This document shows, piece by piece, positions 39,570 to 50,274 of a DNA stretch of 61,942 nucleotides. The position numbers were made by a program, and so were the translations under genes. The stretch's first letter is position 1, and each line of letters begins with the position of its first letter. The notes beneath the pieces were generated by a model. The model ran no database searches. It saw only the letters and a list, made by a program, of their open reading frames with translations, and was not told the DNA's origin. The stretch is from Promethearchaeota archaeon (GTDB lineage Archaea > Asgardarchaeota > Lokiarchaeia > Sigyniarchaeales > SOKP01): positions 15,918 to 77,859 of the forward strand of contig SHMW01000013.1 of assembly GCA_008080735.1 (NCBI GenBank). Reading direction: 5' to 3'.

Positions 39570-42500
39570 ATGACTGAAAATCTGCAAGAAAATATAATTG
39601 ATAAATCAAAAGAGTGTCCCTTCTGTGGGAACAATTTAGACTCAAAATTTTCTAAATGTTATAATGTTTATTGCCCCGGGCAAAAATTTACCCGAAACAA
39701 CTGGGTTATATATAGGTTGAATCCAGAACTGGGTATAGGAAAAATTATTAAAGAAATAAAAATTCCCGCTTCCAAATCTCTAGAAGAAGAAGACACCTAT
39801 TTTATTGAGAAATTTAAAGTACAGTTTCAAGATGGTGTAATTAAGATAATTCACCCCGTTGATCTTGTTCACTATATTTTTGATACAAATAAGAAAATCA
39901 AGACAGACGAAGGGATTGGCGTAATTAATTCAGCCGATTTTTCCATGAAAGGGGGAGAAATCTCTTATGAAGTTTTGTTTTCTGATGGTAAAAAGTCTCA
40001 AATGTATGAAAATGAAATCATATCGCCAATTTTTGAAAGTTCTAAAGACCAAATCTTCCAAAAAAAGTTAGTCGCTCCAAAAAAATTTCTCATTAAATAT
40101 TGGGCATCCCTTTTTTATTCATATTATACTTCACACCAAATCAAATGTATCACTAACTCCAGACTTTCATTAATGCCTCATCAAATCAATGTAGCGCATC
40201 GATTATCAGAGAAATCCTTCCCAAGAATGATTCTCGCTGATGAAGTTGGTTTAGGAAAAACAATTGAAGCAGGTATTTATATAAAAGAAATGATGGCACG
40301 GAATTTAGCAGAAAGAATTTTAATCATAACTCCTGCTACCCTTATTAATCAATGGAAATTTGAGTTTTCGAACAAATTTAATATTGATTTTAAAATGTAT
40401 GATGGCAGGAAAATTAAGAAATTAACCAAAAAAGGAAGTCACAAAAGCCCCAATTTTTTAAAAAACCCTTTTTATTATGATAATCTAATCATGTGTTCGC
40501 TTCAATTCGCCCGAAATCCAAAATATATCAAACAATTATCTCAGATTTCTTGGGATATTGTAATTTTTGATGAAGCTCACCATTTAAGAAGGTATTTACT
40601 CAATAAATCAACGGGTAATTATAGAGAGACATTAAATTATAAATTAGCAAAAAATTTAGCAAACACCACAGAATCATTATTATTATTAACCGCAACACCC
40701 TTACAATTGCATTCATTTGAACTTTTCTCATTAATTGAGTTGATTCATCCAGAAGCATTTGAAAATTTTAGTGATTTTGAGCATTTTAGAAAAAATATGC
40801 CATTCATCAATCTTCTCATAAAAAATGTATCTCAAATTGAAAAACTAAACAAATTTGAAGTTAAAACCACGATTAAATTACTTAAAGATCTTGAATATGT
40901 CCCCAGAAATAAATCTTTAAATGCAATTCTCGATTTAATCAAGACTGACCATAAAAAGAAGAAAATAATTAAAGATTTAGAAAAGGAACATACACTTTCA
41001 AAATTCCTTATAAGAAATAGAAAAAAGAATGTAATATCAAAGGATTATATTAATGAACGAATTGTTAAGACAATACTTGTAAAGCCTAGACAAGAAGAAC
41101 TTGATATTTATAATGAAATCCGACTATACCTCGCCAAAATCTATAATATGTCGGGAGATTTCAAACACAGAAATATAGGTCTTGGATTTGTAATCACAAC
41201 CCTTCAAAAACTTTTAACGAGTTCTAAACATGCGTTTCTGAAGAGTCTTGAGCGAAGATTAAAACAGATACAAGGAACAACAAACAGTCTCGATTACCTA
41301 GAAACACTTAAGAGCGAAGATCCCGAATATTTTGAATCTCAATTAGAGGAAGAAAATATTGAAAATGGAACTATTGAATACGATAAGTTATCCGATAAAA
41401 GCATCATAGATTCAGAAAATCAAGAAAAAATACTAATAGAGTTTTATCAAAAATTAAGTAATATTTCTTATGATTCCAAATCGGAGAAGCTTTTAGAGCT
41501 ATTGCAGAAGGTATATGAAAACAATCCGAATGAGAAAATAATCATCTTTACTCAGTTTGTTGATACAATGTCATTTTTAAAACGACGGATAATAAAAGAA
41601 AACTCGGGATTCTTCGTTGAAACTTTTTATGGTGGGAAGAATAAACAAGAAAAAGCAGAAGCAGTCGAGCGTTTTAGAGAGAGTAGTGCTTTTTCAGTAT
41701 TATTATCCACTGAAGTGGGTGGAGAAGGTCGGAATTTTCAATTTTGTAGAACACTAATTAATTATGACCTCCCTTGGAACCCAATGAAATTAGAACAGAG
41801 AATCGGAAGATTGGATAGAATTGGTCAAAAATCAGAGAAAATATTTATTTATAATTTCTTTTTGGAAGGTACCATTGAAACAGATATTATCTATGCGCTT
41901 AATAAACGTATTAATTTATTTCAAGAGTCTATTGGCAAATTAGAACCTATAATTGGGAAGATTGAGAAGAACTTTAAAGAGCTTATATTTACAGAAGATG
42001 ATAATAAACAGAAAAAATTGAGACAATTTAATCGAAATTTGGATGCTCAAATAAAGAAAGCTAATGAGATGGAAATGCAACTAGATGATTTGCTCATAGA
42101 TAAGAAATCATTTCAGATGGATACGCTCATCAAATATAACTCTTGCCAAGATGTGAAACTTAGTCATAATGAATTATTTTACCTTATTCAGAGCTTTTTC
42201 TTATTAGATAATGGGAAATATGGGAGATTTGTGCCGTTTAATAATTCAGTTCATAGATCTACCCTTTCTCCTGAAAATATGATTGATATTGTTCCATCTG
42301 AGAAATTCCTAAAGTATTCAAATAATCTTATTCAGCGGGAATATGAGGGCACATTTGATTTGGAATTGGCTAAAATAAACGAAGAACATGATTTCTTTGC
42401 ACTTGGACACCCACTTATAAACGATATTTTAAAATATGCTAAAAGTGATAATTTTGGTGGAAATTTTACAGTTTTAAGTTTAAAAAGGAAAAGCCTACCT

Positions 42501-43178
42501 AAAGAATTCCAAGAGAAATTAAAAAATATTGAAAATCTATATTTAGGCATCTTAAGAACCAAATTTCAAGGATTTTTAATAGAAGAAAATCTCGTCCCAG
42601 TTATTCTCGATGAAAATGGAAATCAAATTCATCAACTGGAAGATTTAATTTTAGAAATTAAGAATTTTGAGAAATTTTTTCACTTTAGCTCGGATGAAAA
42701 ACGGGATCTAGATGTAAATAAATTCAATCTCAAAGTTTTAACCGAAAGAGTAGAGCAATTGGCCAAAACAATGAATAAAGAATGGAGAAAGGAAATCTTC
42801 CATTTGAATTCAAACATATATCGATTTGAACGAGAAAAAAAGAGAAAGATCTATAATTATAAAAAAGAAATTCTCAAAAGAAAAGTAGAAACTTTGAGGG
42901 ATAAATTAATACGTAAAAAAAGCCAAAGACCTTCAGAACGACAAATCAAGAATATCAACCAGCTAGATGATGAAAAGAAAAAACAAGAACGTCTTAAGAA
43001 AATAGAACAAATAGAAGAAGATATCACCTTTCTTAGAAAGGATATCGACCTGACAAGACGGAAATTAGATGATTTAGAATTTTTTTACGAAGACCAAAAA
43101 AAAGATATGAAGAAGAGAAATGCGCATACATATTTTACTGAATTAATAGGTTTTGCATTAATTAGAGTAATTGATTAG
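39570..43178 (+). CDS. SNF2/RapA-family helicase with N-terminal Zn ribbon
   Basis: LADEVGLGKT, DEAHH, LTATP, YDLPWNPMKLEQRIGRLDRIGQ; CPFC..C....C N-terminus; C-terminal coiled coil. Confidence 0.92.
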   Translation: MTENLQENIIDKSKECPFCGNNLDSKFSKCYNVYCPGQKFTRNNWVIYRLNPELGIGKIIKEIKIPASKSLEEEDTYFIEKFKVQFQDGVIKIIHPVDLVHYIFDTNKKIKTDEGIGVINSADFSMKGGEISYEVLFSDGKKSQMYENEIISPIFESSKDQIFQKKLVAPKKFLIKYWASLFYSYYTSHQIKCITNSRLSLMPHQINVAHRLSEKSFPRMILADEVGLGKTIEAGIYIKEMMARNLAERILIITPATLINQWKFEFSNKFNIDFKMYDGRKIKKLTKKGSHKSPNFLKNPFYYDNLIMCSLQFARNPKYIKQLSQISWDIVIFDEAHHLRRYLLNKSTGNYRETLNYKLAKNLANTTESLLLLTATPLQLHSFELFSLIELIHPEAFENFSDFEHFRKNMPFINLLIKNVSQIEKLNKFEVKTTIKLLKDLEYVPRNKSLNAILDLIKTDHKKKKIIKDLEKEHTLSKFLIRNRKKNVISKDYINERIVKTILVKPRQEELDIYNEIRLYLAKIYNMSGDFKHRNIGLGFVITTLQKLLTSSKHAFLKSLERRLKQIQGTTNSLDYLETLKSEDPEYFESQLEEENIENGTIEYDKLSDKSIIDSENQEKILIEFYQKLSNISYDSKSEKLLELLQKVYENNPNEKIIIFTQFVDTMSFLKRRIIKENSGFFVETFYGGKNKQEKAEAVERFRESSAFSVLLSTEVGGEGRNFQFCRTLINYDLPWNPMKLEQRIGRLDRIGQKSEKIFIYNFFLEGTIETDIIYALNKRINLFQESIGKLEPIIGKIEKNFKELIFTEDDNKQKKLRQFNRNLDAQIKKANEMEMQLDDLLIDKKSFQMDTLIKYNSCQDVKLSHNELFYLIQSFFLLDNGKYGRFVPFNNSVHRSTLSPENMIDIVPSEKFLKYSNNLIQREYEGTFDLELAKINEEHDFFALGHPLINDILKYAKSDNFGGNFTVLSLKRKSLPKEFQEKLKNIENLYLGILRTKFQGFLIEENLVPVILDENGNQIHQLEDLILEIKNFEKFFHFSSDEKRDLDVNKFNLKVLTERVEQLAKTMNKEWRKEIFHLNSNIYRFEREKKRKIYNYKKEILKRKVETLRDKLIRKKSQRPSERQIKNINQLDDEKKKQERLKKIEQIEEDITFLRKDIDLTRRKLDDLEFFYEDQKKDMKKRNAHTYFTELIGFALIRVID

Positions 43179-43222
43179 GGATTTAACATTATCGCATTAT
43201 AATTTAAAAATGAACTATAAAA

Positions 43223-44857
43223 CTATATATAATCATTTTTGATAAATTTCCTTATGAGAAAACGATCTATGATTGGATAGATCAATATAATTGTCGCAAT
43301 TGATAAAAACATAATAAATAATATATCTTTAAGCAAGTTTCCATTATCTCTTACAGTAAAATAACCAGATAGAGTAATAAAATTGCCCGATGTATCATTA
43401 ATCTTGATATCATAGGTAATGTTTCCGGTCTCAAGGGATTTATAGAAACATTCAAAGAAGGAATTATTATATTTTTTTTCTATAATTGTCTGGTCTTTAA
43501 TATTCAATTCAACAGTGTCGAGAGCAAATTTTTCTCTAATATGAAAACCTATTTTTTGAGTATCCCCCAATTCTAAAATGTCGGATTTCAATGAAAGATT
43601 ATAAATCTCAGGGGCTATATTATCAATTATAGCTAGTGCGGGATCTCCTAAAAGGTTTAAAATTTCAAATTGTAGGCGGGTTATTTTTTCAGTAGCTGAC
43701 CATCTGTAGCCTTCTCCATTTGTTAAATAGTATTTATCATACATAAACATTTTTCCAAAGTTTAATACACCTCCCATCTCTTCAGATCGACTAACATTTC
43801 CATTAGAATAGTTGGGATAATAACCTGGGAAAATCGAAGCAAATAAACCTTTATTTAATTCATCATTATACCCGCTATAACTAACGGTTGAGGCCCCAAT
43901 AAAGGCGCTTATTCCCTTATTTTCCGCTTTTAAAATCGCCTCTCCGAAACAATCAGAATGATATCCAAAATTTCCACTAAGGCAATTAATAGAAAACATA
44001 ACTGGTTGAAAATGAGGATTGTTAAGTTCCTCAATATCAGATATCGTAAATGAGGGATAACTCCAACCAGATTCTATTCCGTGATCCCTATGGTTTAATA
44101 TAAGAACGCCCTCATTGATAGAAGATATAATATCTTCTGTGGTTCCATTCTGTCCTGATCCCGAATAAATGCGTGTAGTGTAGTAGGAATTGGCTTCCAA
44201 GAATTCACTAATATTTTCTGAGGTAGTAATATAATACCTATCTATACCATCAGATTGATTGTAAGCGGCTAATAGAACTTTCCTAAATATCTGTAGTTTT
44301 GGGTTATAATTTTCTTCATAATTTATTGTCTTATTGATTATACTCATTAATTCATCATTATTTTGAACAGGAAACCGTCCAATATTTAAGTCTGGAAAAT
44401 AATCTGAACCATTAACAGTCGCATAATATAAATCTGTGCTTACATCATAATCTCGTCCCCTATGGCAAGGAATAAAATTAACATCTCCAACTAATAAAAT
44501 ATATTTTGGTTGAGGGTTCCAAGTCTCATACGCTTCTTTAATGAAATCAGAGATATTTTCTGGGGTTGGATTTTCACAAATTGATGATGTGTTCACAATT
44601 TTAGTAGAAATTCCATGTTTGTTCTTATCTTGTGCTAAGATTTCTATAGCTTCCGCAAAATTCTCGTGAGTAATAATCAAATACTCACATCCATTATAGA
44701 TTTGATCTGCAATTTGGAATGTTAGATTCATAGAGGTCTCATCCCCCGAATTTTTTAAATCATCTCTGATAGAACTCCAAGACGTATTATAAGGTATTAA
44801 ATTTAGAATAACTATCTCAAATAATAATATTATTAAGAGAAGAGAATATTTTTTCAA
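43223..44857 (-). CDS. C25 (gingipain-like) cysteine peptidase, membrane-anchored
   Basis: YILLVGD, TDLYY, IGRFP, HRDHG and INCLSG catalytic His/Cys, LLGDP; N-terminal signal and C-terminal TM. Confidence 0.88.
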   Translation of the reverse strand: MKKYSLLLIILLFEIVILNLIPYNTSWSSIRDDLKNSGDETSMNLTFQIADQIYNGCEYLIITHENFAEAIEILAQDKNKHGISTKIVNTSSICENPTPENISDFIKEAYETWNPQPKYILLVGDVNFIPCHRGRDYDVSTDLYYATVNGSDYFPDLNIGRFPVQNNDELMSIINKTINYEENYNPKLQIFRKVLLAAYNQSDGIDRYYITTSENISEFLEANSYYTTRIYSGSGQNGTTEDIISSINEGVLILNHRDHGIESGWSYPSFTISDIEELNNPHFQPVMFSINCLSGNFGYHSDCFGEAILKAENKGISAFIGASTVSYSGYNDELNKGLFASIFPGYYPNYSNGNVSRSEEMGGVLNFGKMFMYDKYYLTNGEGYRWSATEKITRLQFEILNLLGDPALAIIDNIAPEIYNLSLKSDILELGDTQKIGFHIREKFALDTVELNIKDQTIIEKKYNNSFFECFYKSLETGNITYDIKINDTSGNFITLSGYFTVRDNGNLLKDILFIMFLSIATIILIYPIIDRFLIRKFIKNDYI

Positions 44858-45037
44858 GGGATCCCACTCAATAATCGCATATTTATTTGTTCAATTTAAA
44901 AATTGATAGCTATATTGAAAAACTTTGTCATAAATGTAAATAAAATTAGATTTATTCTGATACATGAAATAGTCCCTCGAACCCATATATAAGAAAAGAA
45001 GTAAAAAGAAAATTATTTAACTAGAATTTTCACTTAC

Positions 45038-45142
45038 TTAAAACAATGTGGCAATAAGAAGAATATAAAACGCAATTGCGCAGATTAAAATGAAACTCCA
45101 ATATGTTATTCTGAAATATTTCCATAGTTTGTATTTGTCCAT
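45038..45142 (-). CDS. 34-aa single-TM small protein
   Basis: MDKYKLWKYFRITYWSFILICAIAFYILLIATLF*, preceded by GGAGGT. Confidence 0.65.
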   Translation of the reverse strand: MDKYKLWKYFRITYWSFILICAIAFYILLIATLF

Positions 45143-45157
45143 TTAATTAACCTCCGG

Positions 45158-45328
45158 TTAGATGAAGAAAAATCTGGCGTATAGAATTAAAGGGTAGAGC
45201 ACTAACGTTCCTACTATTATCATCAAAATTACCTCAATAAACACTTTAGTTCTAAATTTTAGGTTTCGATAATATTCTATAAGCCCTTCTCTTTCTGGTT
45301 TTCTCTTTTCGTTTTTAATATCTGACAT
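45158..45328 (-). CDS. 56-aa single-TM small protein
   Basis: MSDIKNEKRKPEREGLIEYYRNLKFRTKVFIEVILMIIVGTLVLYPLILYARFFFI*. Starts 3 nt after the upstream stop, with GGAGGTG RBS. Confidence 0.7.
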   Translation of the reverse strand: MSDIKNEKRKPEREGLIEYYRNLKFRTKVFIEVILMIIVGTLVLYPLILYARFFFI

Positions 45329-45331
45329 AAT

Positions 45332-46651
45332 TTAGCCACCTCCTACTGAATCCGCATATTCTAATAATCGAGTCGCATTTAGTTGGGACATTCTTATATC
45401 CGTTTTCGTGAAAAATGCAATCCCCACTATCCATGGATAATCACTCACCGACCCAACTGGGCATGTATAATAGCATACATATATCGAACCGTTTACAATC
45501 GAAACACCAGTATAGGCAGTATCGCCATGGCTTGGTAGATCAAACAAATGCACAAGTCTGTCCTCTTTTACTTCATAGATCGCTGTTCTTTTTTCTGCTA
45601 AATGATTTCCCATATCGCTCCGTGGTCCCAAGTGATTCCTTCCCGCGGCAAATACCCGCCGACTATTGTTCAAAGTAAACAATGTAGCTCCATCTAAGCG
45701 GGTTTGGAAATCGGGAGCAAATGACCAATTTGTATAAGTGGTATCCCAGGATGTTGCGACTATTGTTCCTCCGTGTGGATTTCCGAACGCATATCCTTCA
45801 ATCCCCATTGATCCAACCCGATGTGTAGAGATAATCCTTCCGTCGGCTAGAAATTCTAGACAGACTTCCGCATTTCCGAATCTGGTATAAACTTCGGAGA
45901 CCTCTGTCCAATTCTCTCCGTCTGTAGAAGAGAAAAGAACTGAAATAGTTCCAGAAACATCATAATCATGCTCAGTTGTTGTAGTAGTATTTTTTCTTCC
46001 CGTAGCCATAACATACCAAGTTATATTATTATTTGTCTTTGGTCTCCAGAAATTCCATCCCCCAACCTTGTGATACCCTCCAATATCTCCATTTTCATCA
46101 TAATAACTCACATTTACTTTCATTTCAACTGGATCTGTCCAGGTATCTGAACCATAAGGTTTCTTACAGTAATATGTTGTGTTTGGTCCCGGATCGAAGA
46201 AATAATTAGGCAAAAAATAGACAAATAATGTACCGCTTACATTAGCAAACTTAGGATCTCTCACATCTGTGTTTGGTAATTGGATTGTATGCACATATTC
46301 CCAATTCTTAGCATCTGTACTCCTTCTAATAACGAGTTTCCCTTGATGATCCTGCAAATGCCACTTAGATTCTTGGTTAATCAAATAGAAATGCCCATCA
46401 TAATAGATCATATCCGTATTACTTTTATGTTGATAATTTATATCATCTCCGTGTGGTACCGCAATCCAATTGTCAGTTTCTAAGTATTTTAGACCGGGGT
46501 CAGCATAAAAATCGGGAGGGGGTCTCATGTCCCAATAGATTAGCATACTTCCCACTATAGCTACTGGTGAAATTACGATTATCGCAAGTATGAGCCCAAT
46601 GTATTTTAAATATGTTTTCGTTTTTCTCATTTTTTTTACACTAAAGTTCAT
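45332..46651 (-). CDS. membrane-anchored beta-propeller protein, sialidase/BNR-like
   Basis: N-terminal TM; Asp-box-like RSTDAKNW and SSTDGENW; DVRDPK; LPSHGDTAY. Confidence 0.75.
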   Translation of the reverse strand: MNFSVKKMRKTKTYLKYIGLILAIIVISPVAIVGSMLIYWDMRPPPDFYADPGLKYLETDNWIAVPHGDDINYQHKSNTDMIYYDGHFYLINQESKWHLQDHQGKLVIRRSTDAKNWEYVHTIQLPNTDVRDPKFANVSGTLFVYFLPNYFFDPGPNTTYYCKKPYGSDTWTDPVEMKVNVSYYDENGDIGGYHKVGGWNFWRPKTNNNITWYVMATGRKNTTTTTEHDYDVSGTISVLFSSTDGENWTEVSEVYTRFGNAEVCLEFLADGRIISTHRVGSMGIEGYAFGNPHGGTIVATSWDTTYTNWSFAPDFQTRLDGATLFTLNNSRRVFAAGRNHLGPRSDMGNHLAEKRTAIYEVKEDRLVHLFDLPSHGDTAYTGVSIVNGSIYVCYYTCPVGSVSDYPWIVGIAFFTKTDIRMSQLNATRLLEYADSVGGG

Positions 46652-46796
46652 TCTTTAATTGAATAATATTTTGCGGGAGATCTTTATATATCTTATTCTG
46701 AATTTCAAAAGTCTACTCATTAAATTTGATTTCTGTATTTGATCAAACTGAATTCAATGAAATAAAAAAATTAAAGAAATTTATTTGTTCTGATAA

Positions 46797-48269
46797 TCAT
46801 CGTGAATCTTTCTCTTTAGCCAATCTTTCTATTTTTCCCATAGGTTCCTTTTCTACTTCGGGCAATTTAGGTAGATCGGTCAATTTTTCTTTAAAATCGA
46901 TTCCTTTTTTACTCAATCTTGTTTTTTGAATAAAGTAAAGAAGTACGCCTATTCCAGTATAAGGAAAAACGATTAAAGCTATGACTAATCCCGCCTCGGG
47001 TTCTGTAAAAACTAATAGAACAAAGACAAACGATAGCACCGCACCTATAATCCCCATGATTTTTAGGGTTCTTCTAGACGGTTTGAACCCCGACTTTTCA
47101 TGCCACTCTGGAAATTTCTTAGGGAGAATAATCGCAGCTATAGATAGAGGTATTTGCAATATCAATACAATGACTCCGACTATTGCACTTAAGAGCACAG
47201 CCGCGGTATAAACCCCAAAACTCGGAGCAAGGATTGGAATGAAGGTAAAGAGAAATACTACACCAACAATAAATAGAATTGTTAGAGCTGGGATTGGGGT
47301 CTTTTGCTTGTCACTAATATTTGCTAATTTTTTAGGAAATAATCCCTCCCTCGCGATCATCATAATATCCCGGGAATACGCCATATAAGCGGGATGAATT
47401 GTAGATGCTATAGCTACAGCGATTAATATTGAGACAAACAGCACCATCCCAGAAGGGAGTAGTCCTCCTGTGAGGATTAGCTGAACGACAGTTCCCACAG
47501 GATTTTCATAAGGTTGAACACCTGCCACCATTAGCGATTGAATGGTATACATAACCACCAAAAATATAATGCTAATAAGGAGAGCTCTCGGAATATTTTT
47601 AGAGGGATTCTTCACCTCACCCGCCACATCTAAGATCAGTGTAAATCCTACATACGCAAAATAAAATGTTAATGCTGTGAAAAGTACTGGAGAGAACCCT
47701 TCTGGGAATAATGGCACAAAATTGGAAGGTTTAAATGCGGGGATCGCAGAGATAATAAAAATAACCATAACAAAAATATCCCCCACAATCGTGATGATAA
47801 GTTCTATTAATCCTGAAATCTCAATCCGTATCCAGTTTAAAAAATAAAAAACCACCAAAACCACAAGACCAACCAAAACAGAAAACCATACCATCCTTGT
47901 ACCTTCTGGGATTCCGATCGCTTGTCCAATAAAAAACCCGAAAGACGCTCCTAGGTAGGATAATGTACACCCAACTGCTAAAATAATCAACCAAACGGTC
48001 ATAAAACCACCAAACGCACCCGTTAATCGACTAGTGATCACATAACTCCCTCCAGCGACTGGGAATGCCGAACCCAAATATGCTGAATTATATGCTACAA
48101 AAATGGCTGGGATCACGGCAATGATATAACAGAGAAAAATAGCGGGGCCAGTTTCATTAAGCTTTTCAGCGGGATTTATCCAAATGGATGCACCAATTAC
48201 CATCCCCACGATAATAAATATTGCGACGGGAAGATTAATCCCACGTTTTAATTCTTTTTCTTCAGTCAT
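46797..48269 (-). CDS. APC-family amino acid permease
   Basis: GMVIGASI, FPVAGGSY, AGEVKNPSKNIPRA, 12 TM. Confidence 0.92.
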   Translation of the reverse strand: MTEEKELKRGINLPVAIFIIVGMVIGASIWINPAEKLNETGPAIFLCYIIAVIPAIFVAYNSAYLGSAFPVAGGSYVITSRLTGAFGGFMTVWLIILAVGCTLSYLGASFGFFIGQAIGIPEGTRMVWFSVLVGLVVLVVFYFLNWIRIEISGLIELIITIVGDIFVMVIFIISAIPAFKPSNFVPLFPEGFSPVLFTALTFYFAYVGFTLILDVAGEVKNPSKNIPRALLISIIFLVVMYTIQSLMVAGVQPYENPVGTVVQLILTGGLLPSGMVLFVSILIAVAIASTIHPAYMAYSRDIMMIAREGLFPKKLANISDKQKTPIPALTILFIVGVVFLFTFIPILAPSFGVYTAAVLLSAIVGVIVLILQIPLSIAAIILPKKFPEWHEKSGFKPSRRTLKIMGIIGAVLSFVFVLLVFTEPEAGLVIALIVFPYTGIGVLLYFIQKTRLSKKGIDFKEKLTDLPKLPEVEKEPMGKIERLAKEKDSR

Positions 48270-48466
48270 TATCTATTACAACTTTAATTTATTTAAATCA
48301 AAATTTTAAAATTTAGAAATACTTAGTGCTCTTTTTATTTAAAATTTCAATTTTAAGGTTAAGAAAGGAAGGATGATCTTACTACATTAATAAATTTTCG
48401 AAAGATGAGATGTCAAACTACATAAGATAGAAATCAGATTAAAATGGTGTTAAGGTTGATTTAGTT

Positions 48467-49285
48467 TTAACTTTGTTTTATGATGTTATATTTTTGAGCA
48501 TATTTTTTGAAAAACTTCGTACCACCTGCTTCTTGTAAAACCTTAAATGTTTTGGCGGAATTTTCAAATTTCATTCCACCCACTAAATCTATTCCCTCCT
48601 CAAATAGGATGTCGGGTATCATACTTGCCGAAGGTCCTATGAAACATTTGAATTTTGCCTTGTTTTCAAATGCTTCCAAAATATGCTCTAAAGTGTTATT
48701 TATTAATGAGGTGCCTGTACATATCAATATATCTGTATCTAATTCTTCTTGATCTAAATTATTTATATTCCTTCTAAGTGTAAAATCTTTGAATTCACCT
48801 GAAAATTCTAGATTTTTTTCAATAATTACGATATTTTTTGTAGTTTGAGCCATCTTCTTTATCATAGGTTTTATTAATCCTATAAAAGTCACTTTTGTAT
48901 CCTCATTTAGATTAAAATAATGGAAAAGGTCTTCAGTTAAAAATGTATATTGAGTTCTATAATTATGGATATAAAATTGAGAAAGCGCGTTTAAAGTGGC
49001 AATACCAATTATCCTTTCTAAGCTTAAAGGATTTTTACCCCAATTTAATAATTCTTGAACAGCTCTGTCAGTTAATACTCCTGCAAAGTTAATTTTTGTA
49101 CATGATCCATTTTTAAATAACTCAGGAAGGGTATATGCTACCCCAATTTCATTATTAGACCCTCTAAATTCTAACTCAACTCCTGTATAGCCCAATCCAA
49201 GAACGGCATTTGAAATCTCGGGTGTGGGAATCTTTTTATCATCTAAAAGATTCTGGACTAAATCAATCGTTTTATCAATAATCAT
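48467..49285 (-). CDS. DUF364/DUF4213 Rossmann-like protein
   Basis: GLGYTGV, GIATLNAL, TGTSLINNTL, GPSAS..P. Confidence 0.85.
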   Translation of the reverse strand: MIIDKTIDLVQNLLDDKKIPTPEISNAVLGLGYTGVELEFRGSNNEIGVAYTLPELFKNGSCTKINFAGVLTDRAVQELLNWGKNPLSLERIIGIATLNALSQFYIHNYRTQYTFLTEDLFHYFNLNEDTKVTFIGLIKPMIKKMAQTTKNIVIIEKNLEFSGEFKDFTLRRNINNLDQEELDTDILICTGTSLINNTLEHILEAFENKAKFKCFIGPSASMIPDILFEEGIDLVGGMKFENSAKTFKVLQEAGGTKFFKKYAQKYNIIKQS

Positions 49286-49372
49286 CTTGTACTATAAGAT
49301 CTCCTATTTCAATAAAATTCTTATTAATTTTAAAAATAAATAAATAATTACAGATTAGAAAGTGAAAAAATT

Positions 49373-50257
49373 ATGGCACATAAAAAAAAATGGTATAAAG
49401 ATAAAAATTTTGTAATCACAGGTGCGGGGGGCGATATTGGTTCCGAGATTTGCCGAAAGTTCGCTCCTTTAGGCATGAGATTCTATCTATTGGATATCCC
49501 CGGTGCTGATTTAAGTTCTTTGAAAATAGAGTTAATGGAATTGGGAGCGGAAGATGTGAATATAATGGAGATGGATGTAACCAATAAGGAACAAGTGAAA
49601 ACCATTATAACCAAAATCGGAGAGACGGAAAAATGCATCGATATTTTGCACAATAATGCGGGTATTGGTTCGATGTGCTCAATTACAAACGATGGCACAT
49701 TTGAGGATTATAGAAAAATTATGTCCGTAAATGTGGATGGTATGTGGTTAGTTCTCAAAGCAGCGTTACCCTACATTGGGCGTCCCTCACCTACTAAAAA
49801 AAATCCTGACCGAAAGGAAGGACAATTAATTTTTACCTCAAGCTCTGCGGGCAAGACAGGTGTACCAAATATGGCAGCATATACCATGAGTAAGCATGCG
49901 ATTGTTGGGTTAGCTGATACCTTAAGGCGGGAATACAAAATGGCAGACCAAGGAATTGAAGTGATTACTGTCTGTCCCGCTCCGACTAATACGAGGTTTT
50001 GGGATTCAAGCCCTGCAACTAAAGAATGGGTAGAAAAATACGGAAGTAAAGGTGGACTCTATAAATTGGTTGAGCCAGAAAATGTTGCCAAAAGAATTTT
50101 AAAAGCCTCCAGAAAATATAAAAGAGAGATATATGTACCTCGATGGTGGTGGTTGCTCCCATTTCTCCAATTATTCAGTCATCGACTAGTAGGGCGAATG
50201 CTAATAAAAATTGAAGAATCAAAGAAGGAAATATATCAAGAAAAAAGAAAAAAGTGA
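49373..50257 (+). CDS. SDR-family oxidoreductase
   Basis: TGAGGDIG, NNAGI, YTMSK. Confidence 0.93.
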   Translation: MAHKKKWYKDKNFVITGAGGDIGSEICRKFAPLGMRFYLLDIPGADLSSLKIELMELGAEDVNIMEMDVTNKEQVKTIITKIGETEKCIDILHNNAGIGSMCSITNDGTFEDYRKIMSVNVDGMWLVLKAALPYIGRPSPTKKNPDRKEGQLIFTSSSAGKTGVPNMAAYTMSKHAIVGLADTLRREYKMADQGIEVITVCPAPTNTRFWDSSPATKEWVEKYGSKGGLYKLVEPENVAKRILKASRKYKREIYVPRWWWLLPFLQLFSHRLVGRMLIKIEESKKEIYQEKRKK

Positions 50258-50274
50258 TAAAAGCCTTATTTTTT

